Notes: a model not told the origin generated them from the sequence alone. A stretch of 27,139 nucleotides of DNA from Betaproteobacteria bacterium (GCA_039932875.1 JBDTPE010000001.1:1-27139), one strand, 5' to 3'; counted from the first letter of the stretch, positions 1 through 8,420 are shown. Translations and numbers: made by a program.

Positions 1-1088
1 ACCGAGCGTATTGCGCTTTCAAATTCGTCCACCCGCGTGTTCGCGGGAACCCACCCTGCCTCGATGTGGGCGATCGCCACAGCCTTGTAATCGCGCTGAA
101 AAAAGGCCGCGAAATTGCGCGCCAGATAGTTTTTGTCTGCGTCGGCGAGTGTACCCATGATGCCGAAATCCACACCCGAGTAGACGCCGTTGCGACCGAC
201 AAAGATATTGCCCGGATGCATGTCAGCGTGAAAGAAGCCATCGCGGAACACCTGCGTGAAAAATATCTTCACGCCATCGCTGGCCAGCCGTGCCAAATCG
301 AAATTGGCTGCCTTCAACTGGGCGATGTCGTCGACAGGAATGGCGTCAATGCGCTCCATCACCATCACGTCGCGGTGGCAGTAATCGAAGTACACCTCAG
401 GCACATAGAGCAGCCTGCCATCGATGAAATTGCGCCGAAGCGTGGAGGCATTGGATGCTTCGCGGATGAGATCGAGTTCGTCGAAAATAGATTTCTCGAA
501 TTCCGCCACCACTTCACGCGGCCGCAAACGCTTGCCGTCGTCATAAGAGCGCTCGATCAGATCGGCGACGACATAAAGCAGGCCAATGTCTTTCTGGATC
601 GTTGTGCGGATATTGGGGCGCAAAATCTTCACGGCGACATCGCGGCCCGCTTCCTTGCCGGACCCAAGCGTCGCGAAATGCACCTGCGCAATCGAGGCGC
701 TGGCGACCGGTGCCAGATCGAACGCGCTAAAGGTATCCGCATAGGTGCGTCCTGCCGCGTCGCCGTAGACGCGATTGAGCGTGCTAACGACATCAACGGC
801 ACCGAATGGCGGCACCGCATCCTGCAATCCGGCGAGGCCGTGGGCGATGTCGGCGGGCACCAGATCAGGACGGGTAGAGAGCAACTGGCCGAATTTGACG
901 AAAATTGGCCCCAGCTCCTCCAGCGCCAGCCGCAGGCGCACCGCGCGGGGTTCGGAATATTGCCGCCAGAACAGCATCGCGCCTAACACCCTGGCGAGCA
1001 CACGCGAGCGCTCGTGGCCGGCGAGAAACTCGTCGAGCCCGTAGCGATAGACGACAGTGATGATTTTGAAGAACCGGAATGCGCGCAT
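1..1088 (-). CDS. ubiB: Ubiquinone biosynthesis regulatory protein kinase UbiB (ABC1/COQ8 family); partial, the 3' end runs off the window edge
   Basis: Not in the ORF track, so I translated it by hand. ATG at 1088 gives MRAFRFFKIITVVYRYGLDEFLAGHERSRV...RLRLALEELGPIFVKFGQ (KxGQ motif). In the same frame, ~207-270 encodes KIFFTQVFRDGFFHADMHPGNIFV (ABC1 catalytic loop). It lies downstream of ubiE/ubiJ. Confidence 0.95.
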   Translation of the reverse strand, partial: MRAFRFFKIITVVYRYGLDEFLAGHERSRVLARVLGAMLFWRQYSEPRAVRLRLALEELGPIFVKFGQLLSTRPDLVPADIAHGLAGLQDAVPPFGAVDVVSTLNRVYGDAAGRTYADTFSAFDLAPVASASIAQVHFATLGSGKEAGRDVAVKILRPNIRTTIQKDIGLLYVVADLIERSYDDGKRLRPREVVAEFEKSIFDELDLIREASNASTLRRNFIDGRLLYVPEVYFDYCHRDVMVMERIDAIPVDDIAQLKAANFDLARLASDGVKIFFTQVFRDGFFHADMHPGNIFVGRNGVYSGVDFGIMGTLADADKNYLARNFAAFFQRDYKAVAIAHIEAGWVPANTRVDEFESAIRS

Positions 1089-1160
1089 GAAGCGGCGATT
1101 TTAGCCTGTTGCGCTACCGACGAGCCGCCTCAAGCGAAGTGCGGGCTGAAATGCAATTCG

Positions 1161-1688
1161 CTATCTTCCGAACAACTCATGCCACGCCGCTTTCATTCGC
1201 AACTTCAGGTTGCGTGCCGCGTCGCGTAGGCGCTGATAGGCGGGCAAGGCCCGCACATAGGCATACACTCGTTCTTTCCAGTCGGTAAAGAAAAAGTATG
1301 CGTGCTTGAACCAGCCGATGGTGAGCAGCGCCGGCTTGGTCAGTGAAAATATCCGCGCCAAAAAAGCTGTTCCGACGACCTTGGCGACGATGAATACCCA
1401 CAGACCGTAAATACTATGACCATGCGCAATCAGCCACAACGCGGCCACTTTGAACGGCAGCAGTATCGCGCCCGGAATGACGAACGCGATCAGCGCAGCA
1501 TAGGGCGGTAGTCTGGAAATTTGCATTTCGGTCCAGCGGACTGGCGGCAGTTTGCCAAGCCAACCCATGAACGCCAGCATCACGTCCCATACCCACTCTT
1601 CCAGAAAGATCCAGATCGCCAACGGGATCGTGTAAAGGCTGCGAACGATGCGTCGCCAAGTGCCTTTTGGTGGGAGGTCGCTGTTCAT
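1161..1688 (-). CDS. Hypothetical integral membrane protein (175 aa, about 3 hydrophobic segments, basic C-terminal tail)
   Basis: Same strand as its neighbours and fills the ubiJ-ubiB gap. Hydrophobic stretches: YTIPLAIWIFLEEWVWDVMLAFMGWL, YAALIAFVIPGAILLPFKVAALWLI, IYGLWVFIVAKVVGTAFLARIF. Confidence 0.85.
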   Translation of the reverse strand: MNSDLPPKGTWRRIVRSLYTIPLAIWIFLEEWVWDVMLAFMGWLGKLPPVRWTEMQISRLPPYAALIAFVIPGAILLPFKVAALWLIAHGHSIYGLWVFIVAKVVGTAFLARIFSLTKPALLTIGWFKHAYFFFTDWKERVYAYVRALPAYQRLRDAARNLKLRMKAAWHELFGR

Positions 1689-1839
1689 TGCTTTAGCTGC
1701 ACCGTTTCTGGCGCGTCACGGCGACAATCAGGGCTTTTCACGAAGAACGCCAATCTACGGGGTTTCTGTGGCAATTTGCCTTCGAAAAGCGCGTGGATAT
1801 TGGTTCTATGCATCACGGCCTGACAACTCCGGTGCGTTG

Positions 1840-2445
1840 CTACCGGCACAAGCCGAGTTTTGAAAGCCGCGCATCCAGCCGCGCAATGTCGTCGCGTAGC
1901 GTTTCGTTTTGCCGTGCAAGAACTTCAAGTTCGCGCGATGAAATGAATGCGCGTCGCTCTTCTGTCAAATATTCGGCCACGTTTGCCGAGAGGCGCTCAC
2001 CGGCCTCGTCCCGCCAGGCACGTGCACGTTGCGCCGTCTCGACGACTCGATGCGCGACAACATCACCCACGACACGACTCAGGTCTGCCTCGATATCCCA
2101 TTCGACATTGCGCGCAATATCCGCCAGCGTCGCTGCCAATTCAGAATCACCGCTGAAGGCAATTTTTGACATCGCTTCCGGATCTTTAGCCGCCAGCCCA
2201 GGCAACACGGAGGGCGGTATGACCATCGACACATCCGCGACCACTTCTAAAGTATCGCCGGTGTCGCCCACCAGCTCAAATTCGCCTCCAGGCGAAATCC
2301 GCATCACCGTTTTGATGGGGCCGACCTGTACAGCGATACCTTTTCCTTGATGTGTCCTTAGGCGCTCGCATGCTGCCGGGTAATCCGACAGCACGCGGTT
2401 GACAAAGCGGACAACCGGAAAATGCAACGCCGTGGTATGCGACAT
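1840..2445 (-). CDS. ubiJ: Ubiquinone biosynthesis accessory factor UbiJ (SCP2 sterol-binding domain plus C-terminal coiled coil)
   Basis: SCP2-like N-terminus; motifs FSGDSELAATL, WDIEADLSRVVGDVVAHR, NVAEYLTEE; C-terminal LRDDIARLDARL. ATG at 2445 overlaps the upstream TGA (TGATG). The track start at 2448 is TTG. Confidence 0.9.
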   Translation of the reverse strand: MSHTTALHFPVVRFVNRVLSDYPAACERLRTHQGKGIAVQVGPIKTVMRISPGGEFELVGDTGDTLEVVADVSMVIPPSVLPGLAAKDPEAMSKIAFSGDSELAATLADIARNVEWDIEADLSRVVGDVVAHRVVETAQRARAWRDEAGERLSANVAEYLTEERRAFISSRELEVLARQNETLRDDIARLDARLSKLGLCR

Positions 2446-3389
2446 CAACTGGTTTGTTGAATGCCCGCGAGCAGCCAGGTAGATTTGGCGTCGTCCAGAC
2501 GCTTGGCGACGTGCCAGATTTCGTCGAACGTTTCTGCCGGGCCGCCGACTTCCTCACGAATTTCGCCGGTGTAGCGCACGCTGGCGATGGCGCGCGAACC
2601 TTCGGTGGTGACTTCCAGCACTGCGACGTTGAGTGACACAATTTCCGTCTTTTGCGGTGCGTCGCCACGCTCCTGAATCTGTAGCGACAGTTCGGCGTAC
2701 ATTTCGGGCGTCGTGAAATCGCGGATATCGTTCACGTCTCTGGCGTCGTTGGCCGCTTGCAACCGGATGAAGGCAAAACGTGCCTGACGCTCAAAGCCCG
2801 GAATATCAAAATCGGCAGGGATACGAGGCGCTGCAGTTGCTTCCGTCGCCGCGCCAGTGTTGTTCATCAGCTTGCTGCCGATCTCCGGTGCGCCGCCAGC
2901 AATGCCAACGGATTGGGGCGGAGTGGGCGCTGACGCAGGGGTGGGCGGATAAGCTGTACCACCGACGCCGGCGTACTGCAAAGGTGCGGCGGGGCTACTT
3001 CCATTTTCCAGCGCCTTCTTGCGCATAAACATGCGAAACACCATGAAAGCGCCGAACGCCAGGCCCGCAAAAAGCAGGATGTCCATCATCTTCAGGCCGC
3101 TAAAGCCGCCACCCATAAACATCGATGCCAGCAGGCCACCTGCGGCAAGGCCAGCCAACGGTCCCAGCCACTTACTCATGCCAGAAGGCGCAGGGGCAGC
3201 GGGGGGCGTTACTGCGCCGGCCGGCGCGACGGTATTTTGCGCTGGCGGCTTGGGCGCTTCCTTTTGGATATTCTGCTTCTGCATGCCTGTAGATCTGGCA
3301 GCACCCAATCGACCTTTCGCTTCGGCGTCGCCGACGGTGAACAGGGCGACGCTGAGCGCCAACACAGCCGTAATCAATAAACTCTTCAT
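2445..3389 (-). CDS. Tim44-like domain protein (N-terminal signal/TM, Pro/Ala linker, Gly-rich TM pair, C-terminal Tim44 domain)
   Basis: C-terminal FIRLQAANDARDVNDIRDFTTPEMY...ASVRYTGEIRE...FDEIWHVAK...WLLAGIQQ is typical of Tim44. Start placed at ATG 3389 because GGAGG lies at 3401-3397. Its position between ubiE and ubiJ is the usual one. Confidence 0.9.
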   Translation of the reverse strand: MKSLLITAVLALSVALFTVGDAEAKGRLGAARSTGMQKQNIQKEAPKPPAQNTVAPAGAVTPPAAPAPSGMSKWLGPLAGLAAGGLLASMFMGGGFSGLKMMDILLFAGLAFGAFMVFRMFMRKKALENGSSPAAPLQYAGVGGTAYPPTPASAPTPPQSVGIAGGAPEIGSKLMNNTGAATEATAAPRIPADFDIPGFERQARFAFIRLQAANDARDVNDIRDFTTPEMYAELSLQIQERGDAPQKTEIVSLNVAVLEVTTEGSRAIASVRYTGEIREEVGGPAETFDEIWHVAKRLDDAKSTWLLAGIQQTS

Positions 3390-3458
3390 GGTATTACCTC
3401 CGATGTGCCCTGACGACGACACGAAACTGTTGATCTCGCATGCGGCGAACTTGCCGTG

Positions 3459-3809
3459 CTACTTGGCGATTTTCGCGCTGTACGTAAGTTCCACGTCAGC
3501 GCTGGTTTTGTTTTCCCACATTAGACAGTAGGTCTCTTTGGCCTTTGCTTCGTACAGACCCGATTCGGCATTGATGCGGTCCAGCTTGACGGGATAATAG
3601 ACTTGATCGCCTTTGTGATAATGAAGATTGAAATTCACTTTGGCAGAAGACTCAAAGTGGTATTCAATCTTTTGCGGTGGCGTCAACGCAAGGCATTTCT
3701 CGTGAACTTTGCCAGCCTTGATCACCATCGGTTTGCCAGCCGGCCCCGCTTGGGAAAAAGTGCTGGTTGCAACGACGCCAAATAATGCTGCCAGAACAAT
3801 GCTTCTCAT
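3459..3809 (-). CDS. Small secreted hypothetical protein with two Cys; possible GOLD/p24-like beta-sandwich
   Basis: Sec-type signal [21 protein letters not shown]; Cys39 and Cys95; start overlaps the ubiE stop (ATGA). The fold call is inference. Confidence 0.8.
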   Translation of the reverse strand: MRSIVLAALFGVVATSTFSQAGPAGKPMVIKAGKVHEKCLALTPPQKIEYHFESSAKVNFNLHYHKGDQVYYPVKLDRINAESGLYEAKAKETYCLMWENKTSADVELTYSAKIAK

Positions 3810-4540
3810 AGCTTTACCCCACGATGCAAGGCAACGACGCCCGCGGATAGATTGAAAAACTCGACGCGCTTGAGTCCGGCAGTCTCCATCATGCCTTTGA
3901 GCGCTGCCTGATCAGGGTGCATGCGGATCGACTCTGCCAGATAGCGGTAGCTGGCTTCGTCTTTCGCGATGAACTTGCCGAGCAGCGGCAGGATATTAAA
4001 CGAATAGGCGTCATAGACCTTGTTTAAGCTGGTGTGTATTTTCGAAAATTCAAGCACCAGCAGCCGTCCACCGGGTTTTAACACACGGGTCATTTCTGCG
4101 AGGGCGACGTCCTTGTGGGTCATATTGCGCAATCCAAAGGCGACGCTGACCAGATCAAAGGAGTTGCTGGCGAACGGCAGCTTCTCGGCATCACACAACG
4201 CGGCAGGCAGCGTCAGTCCTTTGTTGGTCAAGCGATCACGGCCCACCCTCAGCATTGCCTCGTTGATGTCGGTCTGCCAGACCTGTCCACTGGCGCCCGT
4301 GAGTTTGGCAAATGCCAGCGCCAGATCGCCGGACCCGGAAGCGACATCCAACACTTTCTCTCCTGGCTTCACATTGGCCAGATCGACGGTAAAGCGCTTC
4401 CACAGGCGATGCATGCCACCGGACATGAGGTCATTCATGACGTCGTACGAGGGTGCGACAGACTTGAAAACTTCACGCACCTTGGCCGATTTCTCGCCCT
4501 CGGGTACCTGCTGAAAACCGAAATGTGTGGCGTTACTCAT
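3806..4540 (-). CDS. ubiE: Ubiquinone/menaquinone biosynthesis C-methyltransferase UbiE
   Basis: THFGF N-terminus, [20 protein letters not shown] motif [30 protein letters not shown]. Start placed at ATG 4540 (MSNATHFGF) rather than the track's 4579. Confidence 0.97.
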   Translation of the reverse strand: MSNATHFGFQQVPEGEKSAKVREVFKSVAPSYDVMNDLMSGGMHRLWKRFTVDLANVKPGEKVLDVASGSGDLALAFAKLTGASGQVWQTDINEAMLRVGRDRLTNKGLTLPAALCDAEKLPFASNSFDLVSVAFGLRNMTHKDVALAEMTRVLKPGGRLLVLEFSKIHTSLNKVYDAYSFNILPLLGKFIAKDEASYRYLAESIRMHPDQAALKGMMETAGLKRVEFFNLSAGVVALHRGVKL

Positions 4541-4931
4541 TTTCACTCCAGGTTCTGCGTTCTTCATACGCGGTGACACAAAATACCTTCCATGTTTCGC
4601 TCGTGCGGCGTAGCGAGTATGAAGTATTGAATCGCTGCGCCGCTTGATCGGAGCGGGTTATTTCCCACGCCAGATCAGCCACGCAAAAATCGTTGCCTTG
4701 CTGAACGTATGAGCGCTCCCGGAAATCCGCACGTTGAAAACCGCTGGCCGCATATTGCGCACAAAGCGCCAGATTGTTTGCGTTCAGCGAATCCATATCG
4801 GCGAATACAGCGTTACCGCTGGCGTGGGCGATCATCGCCGGGACAGCGTAATGTGCGGATACCGCGTGTCCGTCGAGACGATTGAATGCGTCGCGGTAGG
4901 CGCTGAAAAAATCATGTATCTCGGCGGGCAT
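4533..4931 (-). CDS. NTF2-like / SnoaL-like (DUF4440-type) protein
   Basis: Pattern [13 protein letters not shown]...HY..P, later [10 protein letters not shown]...[17 protein letters not shown] 4931 is preceded by AGGTGG; an alternative GTG start is at 4943. The stop overlaps the ubiE start. Confidence 0.8.
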   Translation of the reverse strand: MPAEIHDFFSAYRDAFNRLDGHAVSAHYAVPAMIAHASGNAVFADMDSLNANNLALCAQYAASGFQRADFRERSYVQQGNDFCVADLAWEITRSDQAAQRFNTSYSLRRTSETWKVFCVTAYEERRTWSENE

Positions 4932-4943
4932 GAGAGTGACCAC

Positions 4944-5315
4944 CTAATCCCGGCTTGCGCCAGCTTGGCCCATGCGCGCCTCATAGGACTGCCAATAACT
5001 TTCCTGGCGAATTCCCAAATCGTACAAATAATCCCAAGAGTACAAGCCGGTGTCGTGACCATCAGAAAATACCAGTTTGATCGCGTAGGTACCGGTCGGC
5101 TCAATCGCCTTGATTTCCACGTTTTTCTTACCTACTTGCAACACCTCCTGTCCCGGACCGTGGCCTCGAACTTCGGCCGATGGCGAATAGACGCGTAAAA
5201 ACTCGCAGCTGAAGCGAAAAATTTTGTCGTCGTCGAACACGACTTCGAGCTCGCGGGATTTCTGGTGAAGTTTGATTTCGGTCGGACGCGGTGAGGTGGG
5301 GGTTAAGCCGGACAT
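4944..5315 (-). CDS. DUF971 / gamma-butyrobetaine hydroxylase-like N-terminal domain protein
   Basis: Motifs EFLRVYSPSAEVRGHG and YAIKLVFSDGHDTGLYSWDYL. First gene of the ubi operon. Confidence 0.9.
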   Translation of the reverse strand: MSGLTPTSPRPTEIKLHQKSRELEVVFDDDKIFRFSCEFLRVYSPSAEVRGHGPGQEVLQVGKKNVEIKAIEPTGTYAIKLVFSDGHDTGLYSWDYLYDLGIRQESYWQSYEARMGQAGASRD

Positions 5316-5386
5316 ATGCGTTTACTGTGGTTATGCTGGACAGGCATGATACCGCGCATGCAGACTGGTCATCCATCCGTCTGTGG

Positions 5387-5420
5387 TCGTCATGAAACTG
5401 TCACGCTGTAGAAATATGCT
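5387..5420 (+). promoter_or_regulatory. PHO box (TCGTCAT-GAAA-CTGTCAC, 5387-5404) with -10 element TATGCT (5415-5420): autoregulated phoBR promoter
   Basis: Half-sites match CTGTCA(T/C) at 5/7 and 7/7 with 11-bp periodicity and an A-rich spacer. The box ends exactly 10 bp before a TAnnnT hexamer. GGAG RBS at 5440-5443, then phoB ATG at 5454. Confidence 0.85.
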
Positions 5421-5453
5421 TCAACCCGACCTATCCTCCGGAGTGCGCAGACA

Positions 5454-6140
5454 ATGAACCCGACAATCATGGTGGTCGAAGATGAACCGGCCATCCAGGA
5501 CCTGATCCAGATAAACCTCGAAATGGGCGGCTACCGCGTGCTGACGCACGGTAGCGGCGAGGAGGCGCTGAAACATATCCAGCACGAACTGCCCGATCTG
5601 GCGCTGCTCGACTGGATGTTGCCGGGCATCAGCGGCGTCGAATTGGCAAAGAAATTACGCAGCGATTCGCGCACCAAATCACTGCCCATCATCATGCTGA
5701 CCGCGAAAGGCGCTGAGGAAGACAAGCTTAGAGGGCTCGAATCCGGTGCCGATGATTACATTACCAAGCCGTTCAGCCTGCGCGAACTGGAGGCGCGCAT
5801 CAAGGCGGTGCTGCGGCGGCGCGCGCCAGAACTTACCGAGGATGTAATTGACGTCCACGGTTTGAGGCTAGACCCGTCATCCCACAAGGTGGCCGGATTC
5901 GGCAAAACGCTCAACATGGGGCCGACAGAATTTCGCCTGCTGCACTTCTTCATGACGCATCAGGAACGTGTCTATTCTCGGACCCAGTTACTCGACTTTG
6001 TCTGGGGCGACCATGTCTTCATCGAAGAGCGCACCGTCGATGTACACATTCGCCGCCTGCGCGCTGCACTCTCACCGTCAAAACACGAAACGCTGATTCA
6101 GACCGTGCGGGGCAGCGGTTATCGATTCGCCAAAGACTGA
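5454..6140 (+). CDS. phoB: Phosphate regulon response regulator PhoB
   Basis: Receiver domain VVEDE...LLDWMLPG...IMLTAK...DDYITKPFS; winged helix GPTEFRLLHFFM...LLDFVWG..VFIEERTVDVHIRRLR...QTVRGSGYRF; upstream PHO box. Confidence 0.96.
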   Translation: MNPTIMVVEDEPAIQDLIQINLEMGGYRVLTHGSGEEALKHIQHELPDLALLDWMLPGISGVELAKKLRSDSRTKSLPIIMLTAKGAEEDKLRGLESGADDYITKPFSLRELEARIKAVLRRRAPELTEDVIDVHGLRLDPSSHKVAGFGKTLNMGPTEFRLLHFFMTHQERVYSRTQLLDFVWGDHVFIEERTVDVHIRRLRAALSPSKHETLIQTVRGSGYRFAKD

Positions 6141-6178
6141 AGACAAGTTTCCGCCCATGGCGGTAACATAGTGCTGCC

Positions 6179-7585
6179 ATGTCGTTGCCCTCCCTCCCCT
6201 CCGCGTTTGTTGCTCTCACACCCGCCACCCGCTTCCTGCTGGTTTCGCTGCTGCGTGTGGCCGCTATCGCCGCCATCATTGGCGTCATTGCCGGCTGGAT
6301 CGGTGGCGGTCTTGTTGGCGAAGCGGCCGCGGCGCTGGTGGTGTTTACCGCGTTTGGTTACTACGCGTGGAAGCTCGCCCAACTGTCGGAGTGGCTGCAA
6401 GATCCCAAGGCTGCAACACTGCCTGATGCCGATGGGCTGTGGGGCGAGGTACTGATCCAGCTCTATCGGATGCTGCGTGATGAGCGCCTGAACCGCGAGT
6501 CGTTGGCGGCGGCATTGTCGAATTTTCAGCAGGCGGCGTCCGCTCTGCCCGATGGCGCGGTGATGCTCGACAACGCCTACAACATCGTCTGGCTGAACCC
6601 GACTGCCGAAGCGCACTGGAACATTTCGCGTAAAAATGACCGGATGCAGACCATCACCTACCTAATCCGCTATCCGGAATTCATCGAATACTTGAATGCG
6701 CGGCAGTACGGTGTTCCACTGACACTAAGCTTTTCGCGTGCAGAGGCCGGTGGCGGCGCGAAGGAGCTTGTCTTTACGGTTCGCTTGGTGCCGTTCGGCG
6801 ACGAGCAGATGCTGTTGCTATCGCGCGACGTCTCCGAACGCGAGCAGCTGGAGACCGTGCGGCGCGACTTTGTCGCCAATGTGTCCCACGAGCTTCGCAC
6901 GCCGATCACGGTGATGTCGGGTTTTCTTGAAACCATTACCAATGCGTCGGCCTTGGGGAACAACAATCCTGCGCTGCTCGAAAAAGCCCTGGCGCACATG
7001 ACTGTGCAAGCGGACCGCATGCAGCGGTTGGTCGAAGATCTGCTCACGCTGTCGCGGCTTGAAGATCAGAGTCATCGGCTCGCGGAGGCGCCAATCAATG
7101 TTCCGGAGTTGGTGCAGTCGCTTTACCGCGACGCTGAACAATTGTCGGGCGGTCTGCACACGATCACGGTGACGACAGATGGGGTCTGGCTGCTTGGGAA
7201 TCGCGATGAAATTATCAGCGCATTCAGCAACCTCGTTACCAATGCAGTGCGATATACGCCGTCTGGCGGAAACATCGATATCACTTGGACACTGTGTGAT
7301 GGTCAGCCAAGTTTTTGTATAGCCGACAACGGCGAGGGCATTGCGCCAGAGCATTTGCCGCGCCTGACCGAGCGCTTTTACCGGGTTGACCGAGGTCGCT
7401 CACAGGCAACCGGCGGTACCGGACTGGGGCTTGCCATCGTCAAACATGTACTGATCCGACACGGCGGTCGCCTGGACGTTCAAAGCTCCATGGCTACGGA
7501 TGGGCATGGGACGCAATTTACGGCCAACTTCCCGAAAGAGCGGGTGTGTGCGGCTGCGCCGGCGCTCCGGGCAGTGGCGGCCTGA
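6179..7585 (+). CDS. phoR: Phosphate regulon sensor histidine kinase PhoR
   Basis: N-terminal TM region, PAS-like region (ALPDGAVMLD...WLNPTAE), H-box DFVANVSHELRTP, N-box NLVTNAVRYT, G1 DNGEGI, F/G2 RFYRVDRGRSQATGGTGLGLAIVKH. The exact start is uncertain because there is no clear RBS. Confidence 0.95.
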   Translation: MSLPSLPSAFVALTPATRFLLVSLLRVAAIAAIIGVIAGWIGGGLVGEAAAALVVFTAFGYYAWKLAQLSEWLQDPKAATLPDADGLWGEVLIQLYRMLRDERLNRESLAAALSNFQQAASALPDGAVMLDNAYNIVWLNPTAEAHWNISRKNDRMQTITYLIRYPEFIEYLNARQYGVPLTLSFSRAEAGGGAKELVFTVRLVPFGDEQMLLLSRDVSEREQLETVRRDFVANVSHELRTPITVMSGFLETITNASALGNNNPALLEKALAHMTVQADRMQRLVEDLLTLSRLEDQSHRLAEAPINVPELVQSLYRDAEQLSGGLHTITVTTDGVWLLGNRDEIISAFSNLVTNAVRYTPSGGNIDITWTLCDGQPSFCIADNGEGIAPEHLPRLTERFYRVDRGRSQATGGTGLGLAIVKHVLIRHGGRLDVQSSMATDGHGTQFTANFPKERVCAAAPALRAVAA

Positions 7586-7640
7586 CTGTCCGCCGGTAGC
7601 CATCGGCTAGAATGACAGCATTGCATTTCTGATTTTCAAC

Positions 7641-8039
7641 ATGATCGGCATTTTGATCGTTGCACACGGCACGCTGGGCGAAAGCCTGATCCATTGCGCT
7701 AGCCACGTCATGGGCAAACGACCACAATATCTGCGCCAACTTGGCGTAACGGTGCACGACGACCCCGAGGCGCTGTTGCCACAGGGCCGCGACTTGATTC
7801 GTTTCCTCGACCAAGGACAGGGTGTGCTGGTGATGACGGATATCTTCGGCGCAACGCCTTCAAACATCGCCTGCAATCTGCTGGTGCCGGAACGTGTACA
7901 GGGTGTATCCGGAATCAGCATGCCGATGCTCATCAAAGCCCTGACTTATCGCGAGAAGAGCATGGAAATACTGATCCAGAAAACACTGTCTGCGGCGCAC
8001 GAAGGCGTGATTCGCATGGCCGTAGAGGCAGACTCCTGA
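7641..8039 (+). CDS. PTS EIIA component, mannose/fructose family, stand-alone
   Basis: MIGILIVAHG with phospho-His9; VLVMTDIFGATPSN; GISMPML. Candidate -10 TAGAAT at 7608-7613. Confidence 0.93.
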   Translation: MIGILIVAHGTLGESLIHCASHVMGKRPQYLRQLGVTVHDDPEALLPQGRDLIRFLDQGQGVLVMTDIFGATPSNIACNLLVPERVQGVSGISMPMLIKALTYREKSMEILIQKTLSAAHEGVIRMAVEADS

Positions 8040-8041
8040 TC

Positions 8042-8311
8042 ATGCTGAAACAGGAAATAGAAATCATCAACAAGCTCGGCCTGCATGCACGAGCCTCGGC
8101 AAAACTCACCCAGACCGCTGGAGGATTCCAGAGTGCAGTTTTCGTTTCAAAGGCGGGCAAGCGAGTGAGTGCCAAGTCGATCATGGGCGTGATGATGTTG
8201 GCGGCTGGCAAAGGCACAAAGCTTGAGCTGGAAACCGACGGTTCCGATGCGGCCGAGGCGATGGCGGCTGTGGTTGCGCTGATCAACGACAAGTTTGGCG
8301 AGGGCGAATAG
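8042..8311 (+). CDS. ptsH: Phosphocarrier protein HPr
   Basis: INKLGLHARAS (His15) and SAKSIMGVMMLA (Ser46); 89 aa. Confidence 0.96.
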   Translation: MLKQEIEIINKLGLHARASAKLTQTAGGFQSAVFVSKAGKRVSAKSIMGVMMLAAGKGTKLELETDGSDAAEAMAAVVALINDKFGEGE

Positions 8312-8341
8312 TGAGGGCATATTTGGGAAGTACCCATTTGC

Positions 8342-8409
8342 GAAACACTAGCACTGGCGCGCCTTTTCGATGGTTTTCTGTCTGCGAGCCGCGCCAGTGC
8401 TTGCGTTTC
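8342..8409. repeat. Long intergenic inverted repeat (20-bp stem with 2 mismatches, perfect 12-bp core, 28-nt loop)
   Basis: AGCACTGGCGCG (8350-8361) is the exact reverse complement of CGCGCCAGTGCT (8390-8401). Pairing extends to 8342/8409 with T-T and A-C mismatches. Confidence 0.85.
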
Positions 8410-8420
8410 CGAGGTGACAG

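Noticed and set aside
66-986. 306-aa + strand ORF
   Set aside because: Antisense shadow of ubiB, whose motifs (KFGQ, HADMHPGN) read cleanly on the minus strand.
6151-6163. Small hairpin CCGCC-CAT-GGCGG between phoB and phoR
   Set aside because: 5-bp stem with no U-tract; too weak to call a terminator.
7586-7618. Possible PHO box upstream of the PTS genes (CTGTCCG at 7586; CTGTCAT on the minus strand at 7618-7612)
   Set aside because: These are isolated half-sites with no partner at 11-bp spacing and the wrong position relative to the TAGAAT -10.
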